64,000 nucleotides of DNA from Takakia lepidozioides (lineage: Eukaryota; Plantae; Bryophyta). Position 1 is the first letter of the stretch; each line of letters begins with the position of its first letter. This document shows, piece after piece, positions 37,601-51,565 of the stretch. The translations under genes were made by a program, and so were the position numbers. Location: assembly GCA_030704615.1 (NCBI GenBank), contig CM060733.1:74710001-74774000 (forward strand). The letters run 5' to 3'. The notes under the pieces were generated by a model. The model was not told the origin of the DNA and made no database searches. It saw nothing but the letters and a program-made list of their open reading frames with translations.

Positions 37601-40600
37601 CAAAGCGGAGATTACCATTGGACAGCTATTGGCTGTGGCACCTTATTGAAGACACAGGCTGTATCAAGCAATCAATCGGATTGCCCATGTGACAGGGAAC
37701 ACAGACCTGAACAGCAAGGTGACCAGTTATAATGTGAAGCCGGAAGGGCGAGAAATAGTCATGGACTTTGATGATTCTATGCCAGTAATCCAATTGAGAA
37801 TTGGAAGCATAGAACTAACTGATGTACTAATAGATGGAGGCTCTGGAGTGAATATCATGACAGACCAATTAAGGCAGAATCTTGGTCTAAGTAATATGAA
37901 ACCAGCCCCATTTACAGTAACAATGGCAGATCAAAGAAGTGTATAGCCTTTGGGATTGATAAGAGGAGTTAAGATACAGATTCAAAAGATGATCTTTATG
38001 ATCACAGTAACTGTGTTGAAAATGGATGAAGTCATGCAAGCTTACTCCTTATTGTTGGGTCGACCGTGGCTGAAACAGGCCAGGGTATTCCATGACTGGA
38101 ATTCCCAGTTACTAACTATGCATGATGGGATGCACAAGATACAAATCACCACTAAGAAATCTAGTAGATTACCTGCTGCGAGAAGACCTCGAGGGGTCAG
38201 GGAGTATGACTGGAGGGGAGGACTTGATGAGGAGCAGGAAGCTACCCTGTTCGCTGCACACCCAGAGTAGGAGCAGGTTGCAGGGATCCAACTGGAAGGC
38301 CTAAGTTGTTTAAAAGGTATTTGTTGTGGTGTAGTGACAGCAACACCCATGGAGGGTGAAACAAGCAGTTACCCACCACATTTCTATGAAGAAAGAGAGG
38401 GAGAAATGGAAATCCTAGAGGAACCAGCCACTGTGAGTTTACAGGATGAAGTGGTGACTGGTTGGACAATCACAGCTGATGAGCAGGCGAGAGAAGTGAA
38501 TGTGGGAACTGAAGAGGAACCGAGGATGGTGAAGGTAGGGGTGATTTGGAGCCAGAATTCTTTGAGGCAGCTAAGAGTTTGTTCATCAAATACAGAGATG
38601 TATTTGCTTGGAGCTACGAGGATCTAAAAGGGATACCACCTTAGATCTGTCAGCATAAGATTGAACTGGAACCAGGGTCAGTACCAATCAAACAGGCAAG
38701 GTACAGAATGAATCCCAACTATGCATAGAAGGTTGGAGAAGAGATCAAGAAGTTGGCTGAGGCTAAGTTTATATACCCGATAGAGTATACAACTTGGTTG
38801 TCACCCATTGTGATAGTTCCCAAGAAGAATGGTAAACTGAGAGTTTGTGTGAACTATAAGAAGTTGAATGCTTGCACGAAGAAAGATCATTTCCCCTTGC
38901 CATTCACAGAAGCGGTATTGGACACTGTGGCAGGCCATGAGATGTACTCATTCATGGATGGCTTCAGTGGTTATAATCAAGTGCAAGTGGCAGAAGAAGA
39001 CTAGGGAAAGACAGCTTTCATCACAAACTGGGGTGTTTATGCATACAAAGTCATGCCTTTTGGACTTTGTAATGCACCAACAACCTTTCAGAGAGTGATA
39101 AGTGAATATTTTCATGAATATCTGGATGATTTCATGCAGGTGTTCTTGGATGATTTCAGTGTGTACAGCTCTAAGAATGAGCACTTGCATAAATTGGAGT
39201 TATGTTTGGCCAGATGCAGGATGAAAGGTCTGGGCCTGAATCCAGAGAAGTGTACTTTTTGTGTGAACTCAGGGGTGCTTTTGGGACACATTGTGTGTAA
39301 GAGGAGACTTCTTATGGATCCCAAAAAGACAGAGGCCATTAAAGCCTCTCCACCACCAGTAAATGTTAAGAGTCTAAGGAGATTCATTGGACAAACCAGT
39401 TATTACAAAAGATCTGTCAGACGGTATGCACAGATAACAGCACCATTGAGCAAGCTTTTGAAGAAAGATGCAGTGTTTGCAAGGACAGCTGAATGTCAAC
39501 AGGCTTTTGATGAACTTACATTGTCAGTAACAACTACACCTGTGCTGATTAACCCTCACTGGCATGTAGTATTTCATGTTCACTGTGATGCCTCAGGAGA
39601 AGCGTTGGGAGCAGTGTTAGCCCAGAATGTTACAGGAAATATAGATTCACCTGTGTACTATGCTAGCAGGTTGATGAACAGTGCTGAAAGAAACTATAGC
39701 ACAACTGAAAGAGAAGCACTGGCAATGATTTATGCAGTCAAGAAATTCAGGCATTACCTATTGGGAAGAAAGTTTATGTTTATGTGGATCACCAGGCTCT
39801 GATATATCTGGTGAACAAACCTTTGATAAGTGGAAGGATAGCAAGGTGGTTAATAATCTTGCACGAGTTTGAGTTCAAAGTTGTTTACAAGCCTGGCCGT
39901 TTGCATCTTGTGGCAGATCACTTGTCACGCCTATCAACAGGAGAGCCCGCCACAGGAGTGGACGACCAATTACCTGATGCGAGTTTATTTGCGGTGGAGG
40001 TGGAGGGAAGTACAGATGACTGGTTAGATTGGCAGTGGCCAATCAGATACTACCTTACTCATGGTCAGTGCCCACCTAGTTATGGAAAGGAGCAGAGGAA
40101 GAGAATCGCTATCAAGGCTTTACCTTATACTATGGTAGGGGGCAGAATGTATAAGCTAGGACCTGATGGAGTACTTAAACGATGCTTGTACCACCATGAA
40201 GTAAATAAAGTTTTGGAGGAAGTTCATAAAGGAGTGGCTGGAAGTCATTTTGGAGAAGAGACTACCAGTAGGAAGATACTACTCGCAGGTTACTGGTGGC
40301 CTACTTTGTTCAAAGATGTACACAAGTATTGTCAGAGTTGTGATGAGTGTCAGAGGCTAGGACCATTGCAGAGATCTGGGAAGGTGGCTTTGCATCCTAC
40401 GATGCCTACTGAACCATTTCAGAAATGGGGACTAGACTTTGTTGGACCAATTAACCCACCGGCCAAGAATACACAGAACAAGTACATAATTACAGCCACT
40501 GATTATACTACGAAGTGGGTGGAAGCTAAAGCTCTGAGGGACAACACAGCCAAGTCCACATCAAGGTTCATGTATGAGAACATACTTACACGATTTGGCT

Positions 40601-42707
40601 GTCCCTTGGAATTTATCAGTGATCAGGGAAGTCACTTCATTAAGCCTCTCCACCACCAACAAATGTTAAGAATCTAAGGAGATTATTTGGGCAAACCAGT
40701 TATTACAGAAGATTTGTCAAAAGGTATGCACAAATAGCAGCACCATTGAGCAAGCTTCTGAAGAAAGATGCAGTGTTTGCATGGACAGCTGAATGTCAAC
40801 AGGCTTTTGAGGAACTTACATTGTCAGTAACAACTACACCTGTGCTGATTAACCCTCACTGGCATGTAGTATTTCATGTTCATTGTGATGCCTCAAAAGA
40901 AGCGTTGGGAGCGGTGTTAGCCCAGAATGTTACAGGAAATATAGATTCACCTGTGTACTATGCTAGCAGGTTGATGAACAGTGCTGAAAGGAACTATAGC
41001 ACAACTGAAAGAGAAGCACTGGCAATGATTTATGCAGTCAAGAAATTCAGGCATTACCTATTGGGAAGAAAGTTTATGTTTTATGTGGATCACCAGGCTC
41101 TGATATATCTGGTGAACAAACCTTTGATAAGTGGAAGGATAGCAAGGTGGTTAATAATCTTGCATGAGTTTGAGTTCGAAGTTGTTTACAAGCCTTGTCG
41201 TTTGCATCTTGTGGCAGATCATTTGTCACGACTAACAACAGGAGAGCCCGCCACAGGAGTAGACGATCAGTTACCTGATGCGAGTTTATTTGTAATGGAG
41301 GTGCAAGGAAGTGCAGATGAATGGTTAGATTGGCAGTGGCCAATCAGATACTACCTTACTCATGGTCAATGCCCACCTAGTTATAGTAAGGAGCAGAGGA
41401 AGAGAATCGCTATCAAGGCTTTACCTTATACTATGGTAGGAAGCAGAATGTATAAGCTAGGACCTGATGGAGTACTTAAACGATGCTTGTACCACCATGA
41501 AGTAAATAAAGTTTTGGAGGAAGTTCATAAAGGAGTGGCTGGAGGTCATTTTGGAGAAGAGACTACCAGTAGGAAGATACTACTCGCAGGTTACTGGTGG
41601 CCTACTTTGTTCAAAGATGTACACAAGTATTGTCAGAGTTGTGATGAATGTCAGAGGCTAGGACCTTTGCAGAGATCTGGAAAGATGGCCTTGCATCCTA
41701 CAATGCCTACAGAACCATTTCAGAAATGGGGACTAGACTTTGTTGGACCAATTAACCCACCAGTCAAGAATACACGGAACAGGTACATAATTACAGCCAC
41801 TGATTATACTACGAAGTGGGTGGAAGCTAAAGCTTTGAGGGACAACACAGCCAAGTCCACAGCAAGGTTCCTGTATGAGAACATACTTACACGATTTGGC
41901 TGTCCCTTGGAATTTATCAGTGATCAGGGAAGTCACTTCATTAATGAGACCATTGAATTATTGACTAAAGAGTTCATGATTGTGCATAGGAAAAGTACAA
42001 CATATTACCCACAGGGTAATGGTCAGGCAGAGGCTACCAACAAAATACTATGTACTATCTTGGCTAAGATAGTCAATGCAAACAGATGGGATTGGGATAC
42101 AAAGCTGCTGACAGCTTTGTGGTCATACAGGACTTCATATAAAGTCACCACTAAGTATACACCATTCCAATTAGTTTATGGTATGGAAGCTTTACTTCCA
42201 GTGGAATTCCTGTTACCTACCATGAGAACGGAATGGGGAAAGAGAATGGAATTGCAAGATTCAATTAAGGTCAGGAAACATGAATATACCATGTAGAAGA
42301 AGTACGTGCTGATGCAGCTGATAACATGACCAGAATTCAGATGAAGAGAAAGGAACAGTTTGATGAAGGCAAGATAAAGACTTTTAAGACGGGAGATTTG
42401 GTTCTCTAGTTGCAGAAGAAGGGAAAGATTAAAGCTTCTAAGCTTAAATCACCATGGAAAGGACCTTACGTCATACAAAAAATGTATGATAACAACACCG
42501 CCATGTTACAAACCATTAACAAAGAGATGCTGGGAAGAGTCAATGCCAATAAGTTGAAGGGGTACAGTGGTATCCATGACAAACCATTGCAGCATGATTT
42601 GCATGTTGAAACGCAAAAGCAGTCACGGGCTGCGCCAGTGATACCAACGGAGTATGAAGCACGTGTCGCTAAGCCGAGCATATATGACCAGGGCGGGCAG
42701 AACAAGA

Positions 42708-43002
42708 GCGACACAGCCTATCACAGCCCATCACGGCGTGACATAGCCTATCACAGCCCAGCACGGCGCGACACAACCTATCACAGCCCAGCAAGGCGCA
42801 ACACAGCCTATCACAGCCCATCACAACGTGACACAGCCTATCACAGCCCAGCAAAGCGCGACACAGCATATCACAGCCCAGCACGGCGCAATACAGCCTA
42901 TCACAACCTACCACAGCGTGTCACAGCCTATCACAGCTTACCACAATGCAACACAGCGTATCACGGCGTACCACAGTATGACACAGCCTGTCACAGCTCA
43001 AC
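42708..43002 (+). repeat. 30-bp CACAGC tandem repeat (integrase tail)
   Basis: Encodes (HSPARRDTAY)n. Confidence 0.92.
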
Positions 43003-44487
43003 AAGAAGTTTATGTTCTATGTGGATCACCAGGCTCTGATATACCTGGTAAACAAACCTCTGATAAGCGGAAGAATAACAAGATGGTTGATAATCTTGCA
43101 CAAGTTTGAGTTTGAGGTTGTTTACAAGCCTGGGAGGTTGCATCTTGTGGCGGATCACTTGTCACGGTTATCAACAGGAGAACCAGCCACGGGAGTAGAT
43201 GATCAATTACCAGATGCGAGTCTATTTGCAATGGAGGTGCAGGGAAGTGCAGATGACTGGTTAGATTGGTAGTGGCCAATCAGATACTACCTTGCTCATG
43301 GTCAGTGCCCACCAAGTTATGGAAAGCAGCAGAGAAAGAGAATTGCTATCAAGGCTCTACCTTACACTATGGTAGGGAGCAGAATGTATAAGCTAGGACC
43401 AGATGGAGTGCTAAAGCGATGCTTATACCACCATGAAGTTAATAAAGTTTTGGAGGAAGTTCATAAAGGAGTGGCAGGAGGTCGTTTTGGAAAAGAGACT
43501 ACCAGTAGGAAGATACTACATGCAGGTTACTGGTGGCCTACTTTGTTCAAAGATGTACACAAGTTTTGTCAGAGTTGTGATGAATGTCAGAGGCTAGGAC
43601 CTTTGCAGAGATCTGGGAAGATGGCTTTGCATCCTACAATGCCTACGGAACCATTTCAGAAATGGGACACGATTTGGCTGTCCCTTGGAATTTATCAGTG
43701 ATCAGGGAAGTCACTTCATTAATGAGACTATAGAACTTTTAACTAAGGAGTTCATGATTGTGCATAAGAAGAGCACAACCTATTATCCACAAGGTAATGG
43801 GCAGGCAGAGGCTACCAACAAAATACTATGTATTATCTTGGCTAAGATAGTCAATGCAAACAGAACGGATTGGGATACAAAGCTGCTGACAGCTTTGTGG
43901 TCATACATGACTTCATATAAAGTCACCACTAAGTATACACCATTCCAATTAGTTTATGGTATGGAAGCTTTACTTCAAGTGGAATTCTTGTTACCTACCA
44001 TGAGAACGGAATGGGGAAAGAGAATGGAATTGCAAGATTCAATTAAGGTCAGGAAACATGAATTATACCATGTGGAAGAAGTACGTGCTGATGCAGCTGA
44101 TAACATGACCAGAATTCAGATGAAGAGAAAGGAACAGTTTGATGAAGGTAAGTTAAAGACTTTTAAGACGGGAGATTTGGTTCTCTGGTTGCAAAAGAAG
44201 GGAAAGATTAAAGCTTGTAAGCTTAAATCACCATGGAAAGGACCTTATGTCATACAGAAGATGTATGATAACAACACCGCCATGTTACAAACCATTAACA
44301 AAGAGATGCTGGGGAGAGTTAATGCCAATAAGTTGAAAGGGTACAGTGGTATCCATGACAAACCATTGCAGCATGATTTACATGTCGAAACGCAGAAGCA
44401 GTCACGGGCTGCGCCAGTGATACCAACGGAGTATGGAGCACTTGTCGCTAGGCCGAGCATATATGACCAGGGCGGGCCGAACAAACG

Positions 44488-44820
44488 CGACACAGCCTAT
44501 CACAGCCCAGCACGGAGCGACACAATATATCACAGCCCAGCACGGCGCGACACAGCCTATCACAGCCCATCACAGTGTGGCACAGCCTATCACAGCCCAA
44601 CACAACGCGACACAGCCTATCACGGCCCAACACGGCGCGACACAGCCTATCACAGCCCAACACGGTGCGACACAGCCTATCACAGCCCATCACGGCGCGA
44701 CACAGCCTATCACAACCCACCACAGCGTGTCACAACCTATCACAGCTTACCACAGTGCCACACAGCCTATCACAGCGTACCACAGTGTGACACAGCCTGT
44801 CACAGCTCAACACAGCCTAC
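44488..44820 (+). repeat. 30-bp CACAGC tandem repeat (integrase tail)
   Basis: Encodes (HSPxRRDTAY)n in ORF 43685-44938. Confidence 0.92.
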
Positions 44821-45319
44821 TAGGGTTACACAATCCATAAGATCAGTGATAGGTGGACGTGGGTTAACATCCGGACAGTGGCCAGCGGAAAAGTGGCCAA
44901 GGACACGTGTAGAAATGGACACGTGGACGCCAGGGTGAGACACACAGCCGGACATGGATTGCAAGGGTGACTGTCATCAAGGAAAAAGACAAAATTGGCT
45001 GTCAAAGTACCTACCCGGCACATTAACTTATTATGGGCCCATTAATGCATACGGGGAAAGGGTAACGGAACCCTTAAAAAGGAGGTTTGCTATTTCATGA
45101 GCATGAGCGGCATGAGCGGAGTAGTAAGACAATCAATTTTCATGAGCAGAAGTACAAATTTCGAAAATAAAAAACAATAAAAAACAATAATTTAATGCAA
45201 TGTGTCAGGAAAAACAAATATATTATTCGGCCCCTTGAAGGGAAACTTGCAGTTTTGACAGTTGTGCTCATGATATTTCGTCTTCCGCTCATGCCAATTC
45301 CCAGCGACATGTGCAAATA

Positions 45320-45755
45320 TGGCGCCGAATTTCGCGGTAATAGGGTCCGTAACCTGAAAAAACGGCGACGTATTTCGCGGTAATAGGTCTCTCTGGCGAA
45401 AAATGGTGCCGAATTCCGTGGCTATAGGTCCCCTCATGACAGGTAATTCGGCGCCATTTTTCCAGTGCATGTTCGGACTTTGCCAGTTTTCGGCGCAAAA
45501 TAGGGAAATTCGGCGCCATTTTTCCAGACATTGTACCAGTGCATGTTGGGACTTAGCCAGTTTTCGGCCCAAAAAAGAGAAATTCGGCGCCATTTTTCCA
45601 GGCACGGTACCAGTGCATGTTGGGACTTAGCCAGTTTTCGGCCCAAAAAAGAGAAATTCGGCGCCATTTTCCCAGACACAGGTACCAGTGCATGTTGGGA
45701 CTTAGCCAGTTTTCGGCCCCAAAAAGAGAAATTCGGCGCCATTTTTCCAGAAATG
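45320..45755. repeat. Subterminal ~74-bp repeats (GAAATTCGGCGCCATTTTTCC + GGACTTAGCC)
   Basis: GGCGCC centres at 45514, 45588, 45662, 45737; mirrored copies at 26347-26690 and 57650-58005. Confidence 0.9.
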
Positions 45756-45905
45756 GCCCCACAACTGCTTCTGTTGGATCTCAGTTTGAATGGAATATTG
45801 CCTCATTCCAGGAGTTTTGGGGTGCATTTCATTACACTGCAAAAAAAAGTCTGATACAGCAAAATGCAATTGAAAATATCCATATGGAGGATTCCCTTTG
45901 CCCCA

Positions 45906-48900
45906 TCAATGATTTCTGGAATCCCTAAGGAGGAGTTTGTGCAGCTCGTTCACGCTCAACGCCGGTGCATGAATAAAGTCATCAATAGTCACGTTCATCC
46001 TCAACCTCTTCAGGTAAATGTAATACAGATGCTTGCACGGATAATACTTGGAACCCTTCTTTGCTTCCATCAACGAGAAGTCCGTACAATTGCAAGTCGG
46101 CTCCACTCCAATCGTAATTGTGTATACATCGTCGCGTACAGCCGAGCTGGCCGTTGCCATCCGATACACACGCCCAAGGCCGGGTGGGGGTACGTCCACG
46201 GAGCTCTGAATAGTGCAAGCCATCCCAAGAGCATTGGCAATCCGAGTCTCATTCAACTTGTTGGGAGAGTGTCGTCTCTTCACTCTTCCGAATCGCATTG
46301 TGGGATGTGCAGAATTGTCCAATCCGTCTCTACTGGACCGAGCAGTCTGCAATGGCTGGGTCTGAGGAACTGGAAATGCGTGGGCCGGGATGTCTGTGCG
46401 TTGCACCATTCGAAATCCTGCTGCAGATAGAGCATCCGCCTCATTCTGAGAGAGGCTGCAACCCGGTGCAACAGGCCAGACGCCCGGAGGCTCCGGCATT
46501 CCCTGAATCCCGTACTTGGGCTTGCCAAATACACAGGTCATTATGTCGTGCCTACAGAACCAAAATGTCTGCGTTGTGGCGTGAGCAAATGTGGGAGTCA
46601 AAAATCTGCCGCTGAAACAAGGTGCAGGTATAGCACCGTGTGGGTTCCTCCGAATCATCTCACCACAGCGTGCTCTCGTATCCACCCGGATGGCGCAGCA
46701 CTTCCCTCGAAATGTCGGCAATGTCCTCGCAATTCTCCACTGTGACTCTGACACTCTTGTCTCCACAATGGGAATGTTGTACTGCTTTACTACAGATGGC
46801 TCGTTATGTTGCCGGGGCACGCGCCTTGTGCTCGAAGGAGATGGCGATCTTGAACGTGCAGGACTTGTGGTGCTCGACGAGACCTCCTCGGGCAACATCA
46901 CCGGACCACGAGGGAGCGTGCGAATATTCTTGTCAGCTCGCCATGAATCCTCTTCTCCGCCAGGTGCCTCATCAAGTCTTCGTCTCACTGGACGGGTATG
47001 AACATCTCCTTTCAAATGTTGGCCTCTTCGCAGCAATGGCGTGTCCCGAAGGCCCTCTCGCAAGGCCGCCGCCCACTTCCGAGGATTCTTCGATCTAGAG
47101 GCAGTCCGCATCAGCATTTCCTGCCTGTCCGGCCCCAAGCCCCACTGTTTCTCTTTCAAGAACTCGTTGTACCTGCATTGCTGCATAATTGACCTCACAA
47201 TGTCCTCCGTTGTGGCAGTGAGGATGTCCACCAGATGCGCCGCAGAGGAGGCACGCCAGGAAGAGTGCACTGATTCGGCCATGTTTGTCGTGGGCATGTC
47301 GGTGTTGGAGTCGAGACACATTTCCTGCACAAGCACATGTTGAGGTTACAAGCAAGTTACAAATATGGCCAAGAATAATATTCAACGGGACGCGAATTCG
47401 TGCAACTCACCTCCCGTATATAGTCGCCGAACTGGAGGAAACGATAATGCCACCATGCTAGCCAACTGACCATTGCTCCTCGTCTGATTTCCTTACAGCA
47501 CCTGACGATGTCCACCAAGCCCGTATGCATGCAAACTGTGTCTCTGCATCATCCAAGGTGGGAGCGCGCTTCCACGCAAGGCACATGGAACGGTGCTCCT
47601 CTCTGAAATCTGGCGCCACGAGCCTGGTTGTGTACTGCGAAAGGCTCTGCAGAAAATGGAACCCACAAGATCTCTCCTTGCCTTCCATGGGAACATTGGG
47701 GTCTTGCCCGTACACCCTTCGGATGGCAGCCCAATTTGCTTGTGCGTTGTCCGCCATGAAACCACGGAAATTGGGAGGGGGCAATCCCGCCTTGGCCATC
47801 TGTTCGTTTATTCCCTGCCAAAGAAGCATCTCCGATTGTGTGTCCTCTCCTTTCATCTCACAAATAGCAATTGTCATTAGCATCCTGCAGTGGGTGTCGT
47901 AGACATGTGCACCCATTGTCACCCACTGATGATTTGTAATTCGCTTGATATGGTCGAACATGACCCAACTGTTTGACAAGTTCCCACTCGTCATCCTGTC
48001 GACCAGTTCGACGCTGCTGCCAGGTCCACACGTGGACATTTTGAATACGAAACAACGATCTGCCTCAGTCCCTTGTCCTGGAAACCTACTTCCATGAATG
48101 TAGTCATATCCACATCGTCGCTTCACCTCCAGAATAGAGTGCATATCCGAGCCACGCCCAATTTTCTGTTTGCATGAGACAATGTGGTTTCGGACATTCG
48201 GTGAACATACGTGGGACACCGACTCCAACAATGCCTCCATTTCCTTCTCGTCGAGAGGAACTCTATCGGAGCCGTCTTCCGACATAATTCTGGCCAATGC
48301 CATCTTATGGGCGGCTTGGAGCTGTATCTGTTTGGGTTTGGCACCCGGTCTCAACTTAACCTCGTCCTGAACGAGCTGCTCTGCTTCGTGGGCAGCCTCC
48401 CGCGAGTTCCCCTTGCCAATTTGTGACAATGGGAACCAACGTGTATGCAAGCTCGGGTGAGGTCAGGGAAACGGTGCAACACATAGATCTGCTTGGCATT
48501 ACAAACAGACATGCAGTGTGGTGGTTCTTTGCAATGCGCACACTTAAATGTGGAGTTCGGAACCTTCTCCTGAGCTCGAAATGGTTGATGAGCTGTGCCT
48601 GTCCAATCGGTCTCGTTCCTGTGACCTCTGGATTTAAAGTGGAAGCAAGTTGGGGAGAAACACCGCAACGCGCCCGCACAAACAACGTAGCGCACTCGCA
48701 CACCATCGAGCATCTTCATGCTGGTGGTTTTGGTAACGCACCAAGGATGACCGTCATGTTTTCTATCCATATCTGTCAACATTCCGGACGCCCTCGAGTA
48801 GTCCGCCCGAGGAGGGAACTCAAAGAAGATATTACCGTCGACGTCGGCGGGAAGGCATGTAACCGATTTAATTGCGAACTTGCTGTAGTCCAGCCTGGCC

Positions 48901-49495
48901 AGCTCCGACCGGTGTCCCTCCAGGTGAAGCCCTCGCAGAATTTCAAGAATAGATCGAACTGCGGTGCTCGTGCTGGGAATATGACTCCCTCCTCCACTGG
49001 CATCCATTGAGGACTTGCCTGATCTCCAGGACGACCTCGGAACTTCCATGACCTCGTCTGAGTCGGACAGGTTGTGAACAACCCGGTTCTCGCTCGTCTT
49101 CATGGATGGGTTCGGCTCTGGATTTACTTCGTTGCGGACTTCTCTCTTTGAGGTAGCCACTCTCTGATTCGCGGATTGTTTCGTGGAAGGCGCCAGGATA
49201 GAAGGTGCATTTGGCGGGCAAATGAAGTCCCCAACAGCCCTGTATATGACGCTGTCCGATGGTGGACCTCGCCATTCCCTGCCATCGCCGAAATCATCGT
49301 GGAGCACAACAATACTCTCGACAACAAGGCCGTTAGAGTCCTTCCTTTCTCCTCCAAAAAAACCGACCCGGTTTCAGGTGGTATCGAACGCACAGATATT
49401 TCTCCATCACCCGGCAGATGTCCCCTCTGCACGGAAATGAAGCTCTATGCTCGTGAGGAGGGCAGTACACTGTAGCGCTCGGGTTTTCCGCCATG
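45906..49495 (-). pseudogene. MULE-family DDE transposase with N-terminal WRKY/GCM1-like zinc domain and C-terminal SWIM finger
   Basis: WVMFD (D1), GFMADN (D2), CGFH (CxxH), TNMAESVHS (E); SWIM PTCNC..PCKH; N-terminal DGHPW..CAGALRC..CAHC..HVGSHCH. GTGAGT...TGCAG intron 47325-47410 joins YIRE to EMCLD in frame. Several 1-bp frameshifts; start codon uncertain. Confidence 0.85.
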
Positions 49496-49779
49496 GGAGA
49501 TGTGCACACAAGACTACCAGGATGGCGTGTGGGGAAGCTCCCTGGTAGAAGGGGGATGCAGCGATGGGAATGAATGCGATGCCGATTTGTCCGAGCGACG
49601 AAGCCTGATCCAAATCCAGGGAGCCAACTATCTCAAAAATCCACAGTCAGAGTGTTAATGAACCTTGTCTCCGGAATGCGGCCCCTGGTCTTTGCGCAAT
49701 AACTGCCAACGGTATGCAGTCAGAAAGTGGGGGCCGTCCGGATGATGACGGCTGAAGTGGAGAAGCCGGCACCGTGCCG

Positions 49780-51565
49780 TCACATTACTACCCCCAAATG
49801 GAAATTCGGCACCCAATATCCAACAGGGGAAGCCCGGATGAAGTTGCCTCGGGCGCAGAGGCCGGTGCGTGTGCGACAGAGAACATCCCCTGGATAGAGA
49901 TTCGGCGCCGAATTTCCATCCGGGCCCCCCCAAAGGAAGTCGTGTCGGGGGGGTCAGGCCGAAAACTGGCCGGCATAAAAACATCCCTAGATGGAAAAAC
50001 GACGCCGAATTTCCATCCGAGGCGGTTCGGATGCAGTCGGGGAGGGGGGAGAGGTCGGTACTTGGCCGTCGCATTTCAACCCCCGGACGGAAATTCGGCA
50101 CCGAATATCGAACAGGGGACGCCCGGATGAAGTCGCCTCGGGGCGTAGAGGTTGGCACGTGTTCGACAGAGAGCATCCCCTGGATGGACATTCGGCGCCG
50201 AATTTCCATCCGGGCCACCCCAAAGGAAGTCGTGTCGGGGGGTCAGGCCGAAAACTGGCCGGCATAAAAACATCCCCAGATGGAAAAACGGCGCCGAATT
50301 TGCATCCGGGGCGGTTCGGATGCAGTCGGGGAGGGGGGGAGAGGCTGGCACTTGGCCGTCACATTTCAACGCCCGGACGGAAATTCGGCACTGAATATCC
50401 AACAGGGGACGCCCGGATGAAGTCGCCTCGGGCGTAGAGGCCGGCACGTGTTCGACAGAGAGCATCCCCTGGATGGACATTTGGCGCCGAATTTCCATCC
50501 GGGCCACCCCAAAGGAAGTCGTGTCGGGGGTCAGACCGAAAACTGGCCGACATAAAAACCTCCCCAGATGGAAAAACGGCGCCGAATTTCAATCTGGGGC
50601 CGTTCCAATGCAGTCGGGGAGGGGGGAGAGGTCGGCACCTGGGCGTCATATTTCAACCCCCGGACGGAAATTCGGCACCGAATATCCAACAGAGCGGCGG
50701 AGAGGCCAGCACCTCTCCGACAGAGACCATCCCCCGGATGGAAATTCGGCGCCGAATTTCCATCCAGCAGGTAAGTGGAATCCCGGATGGATGGAGATCC
50801 GGCGCCGAATTTCCATCCTGCAGGTAATTCGAATCCCGGATGGATGGAAATCCGGCGCCGAATTAATCCAGCAGGTAAGTGGAATCCCGGATGGATGGAG
50901 ATCCGGCGCCGAATTTCCATCCAGCAGGTAAGTCGGATCGCTGCCGTATGGATATTCGGCGCCGAATTTCCATTCGCCAGGTATTTCATCGCTCAGAATT
51001 ACCTTCCTGCAGGTAATTCTGATCGATGAATTACCTTCGTGCAGGTAATTCTTATCGATGAATAACCTTCCTGCAGGTAATTCCGAGCATAGGAAGGTAA
51101 TTCTGAGCAATGAAATACCTGGCGAATGGAAATTCGGCGCCGGATATCCATACGCCAGCGATCCGACTTACCTGCTGGATGGGAATTCGGCGCCGGATCT
51201 CCATCCATCCGGGACTCTACTTACCTGCTGGATGGAAATTCGGCGCCGGATCTCCATCCATCCGCTCTCCGCCCAACCTTGCGGATGGAAATCCGGCCCC
51301 GGATTTCCATCATCCGCCTCCGAATTACCTACTTGAGGGAAATTTCGCGTGCCGCCCTACCTGCGCGGATGGAAATCCGGCGCCGGATTTCCATCCATCC
51401 GCTTCTGAATTACTTGCGTGAGGGAAATTTGGCGCGCCGCCCTACCTGCGTGGATGGAAATCCGGCGCCGGATTTCCATCCATCCGCTTCTGAATTACCT
51501 GCTTGAGGGAAATTTCGCGCGCCGCCCTACCTTGCTGGATGGAAATTCGGCGCCGGAATTACCTC
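49780..51565. repeat. Central palindrome arrays (288/96-bp, 53-bp and ~85-bp periods)
   Basis: Same units as 15120-19440; perfect 30-bp palindrome at 50736-50765. Confidence 0.93.

Larger units (their letters stand above)
33688..45081 (+). mobile_element. Family-B non-chromovirus Ty3/Gypsy element: 5' LTR, gag, PR, RT, triplicated RH-INT
   Basis: LTR TG..CA 33688-34666; gag knuckles; LIDGGS; FLDD; HCDAS; WGLDFVGP, SDQG, GQAEATNK. Interrupted by MULE at 45082; continuation at 58248-60123 (minus). Confidence 0.92.
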
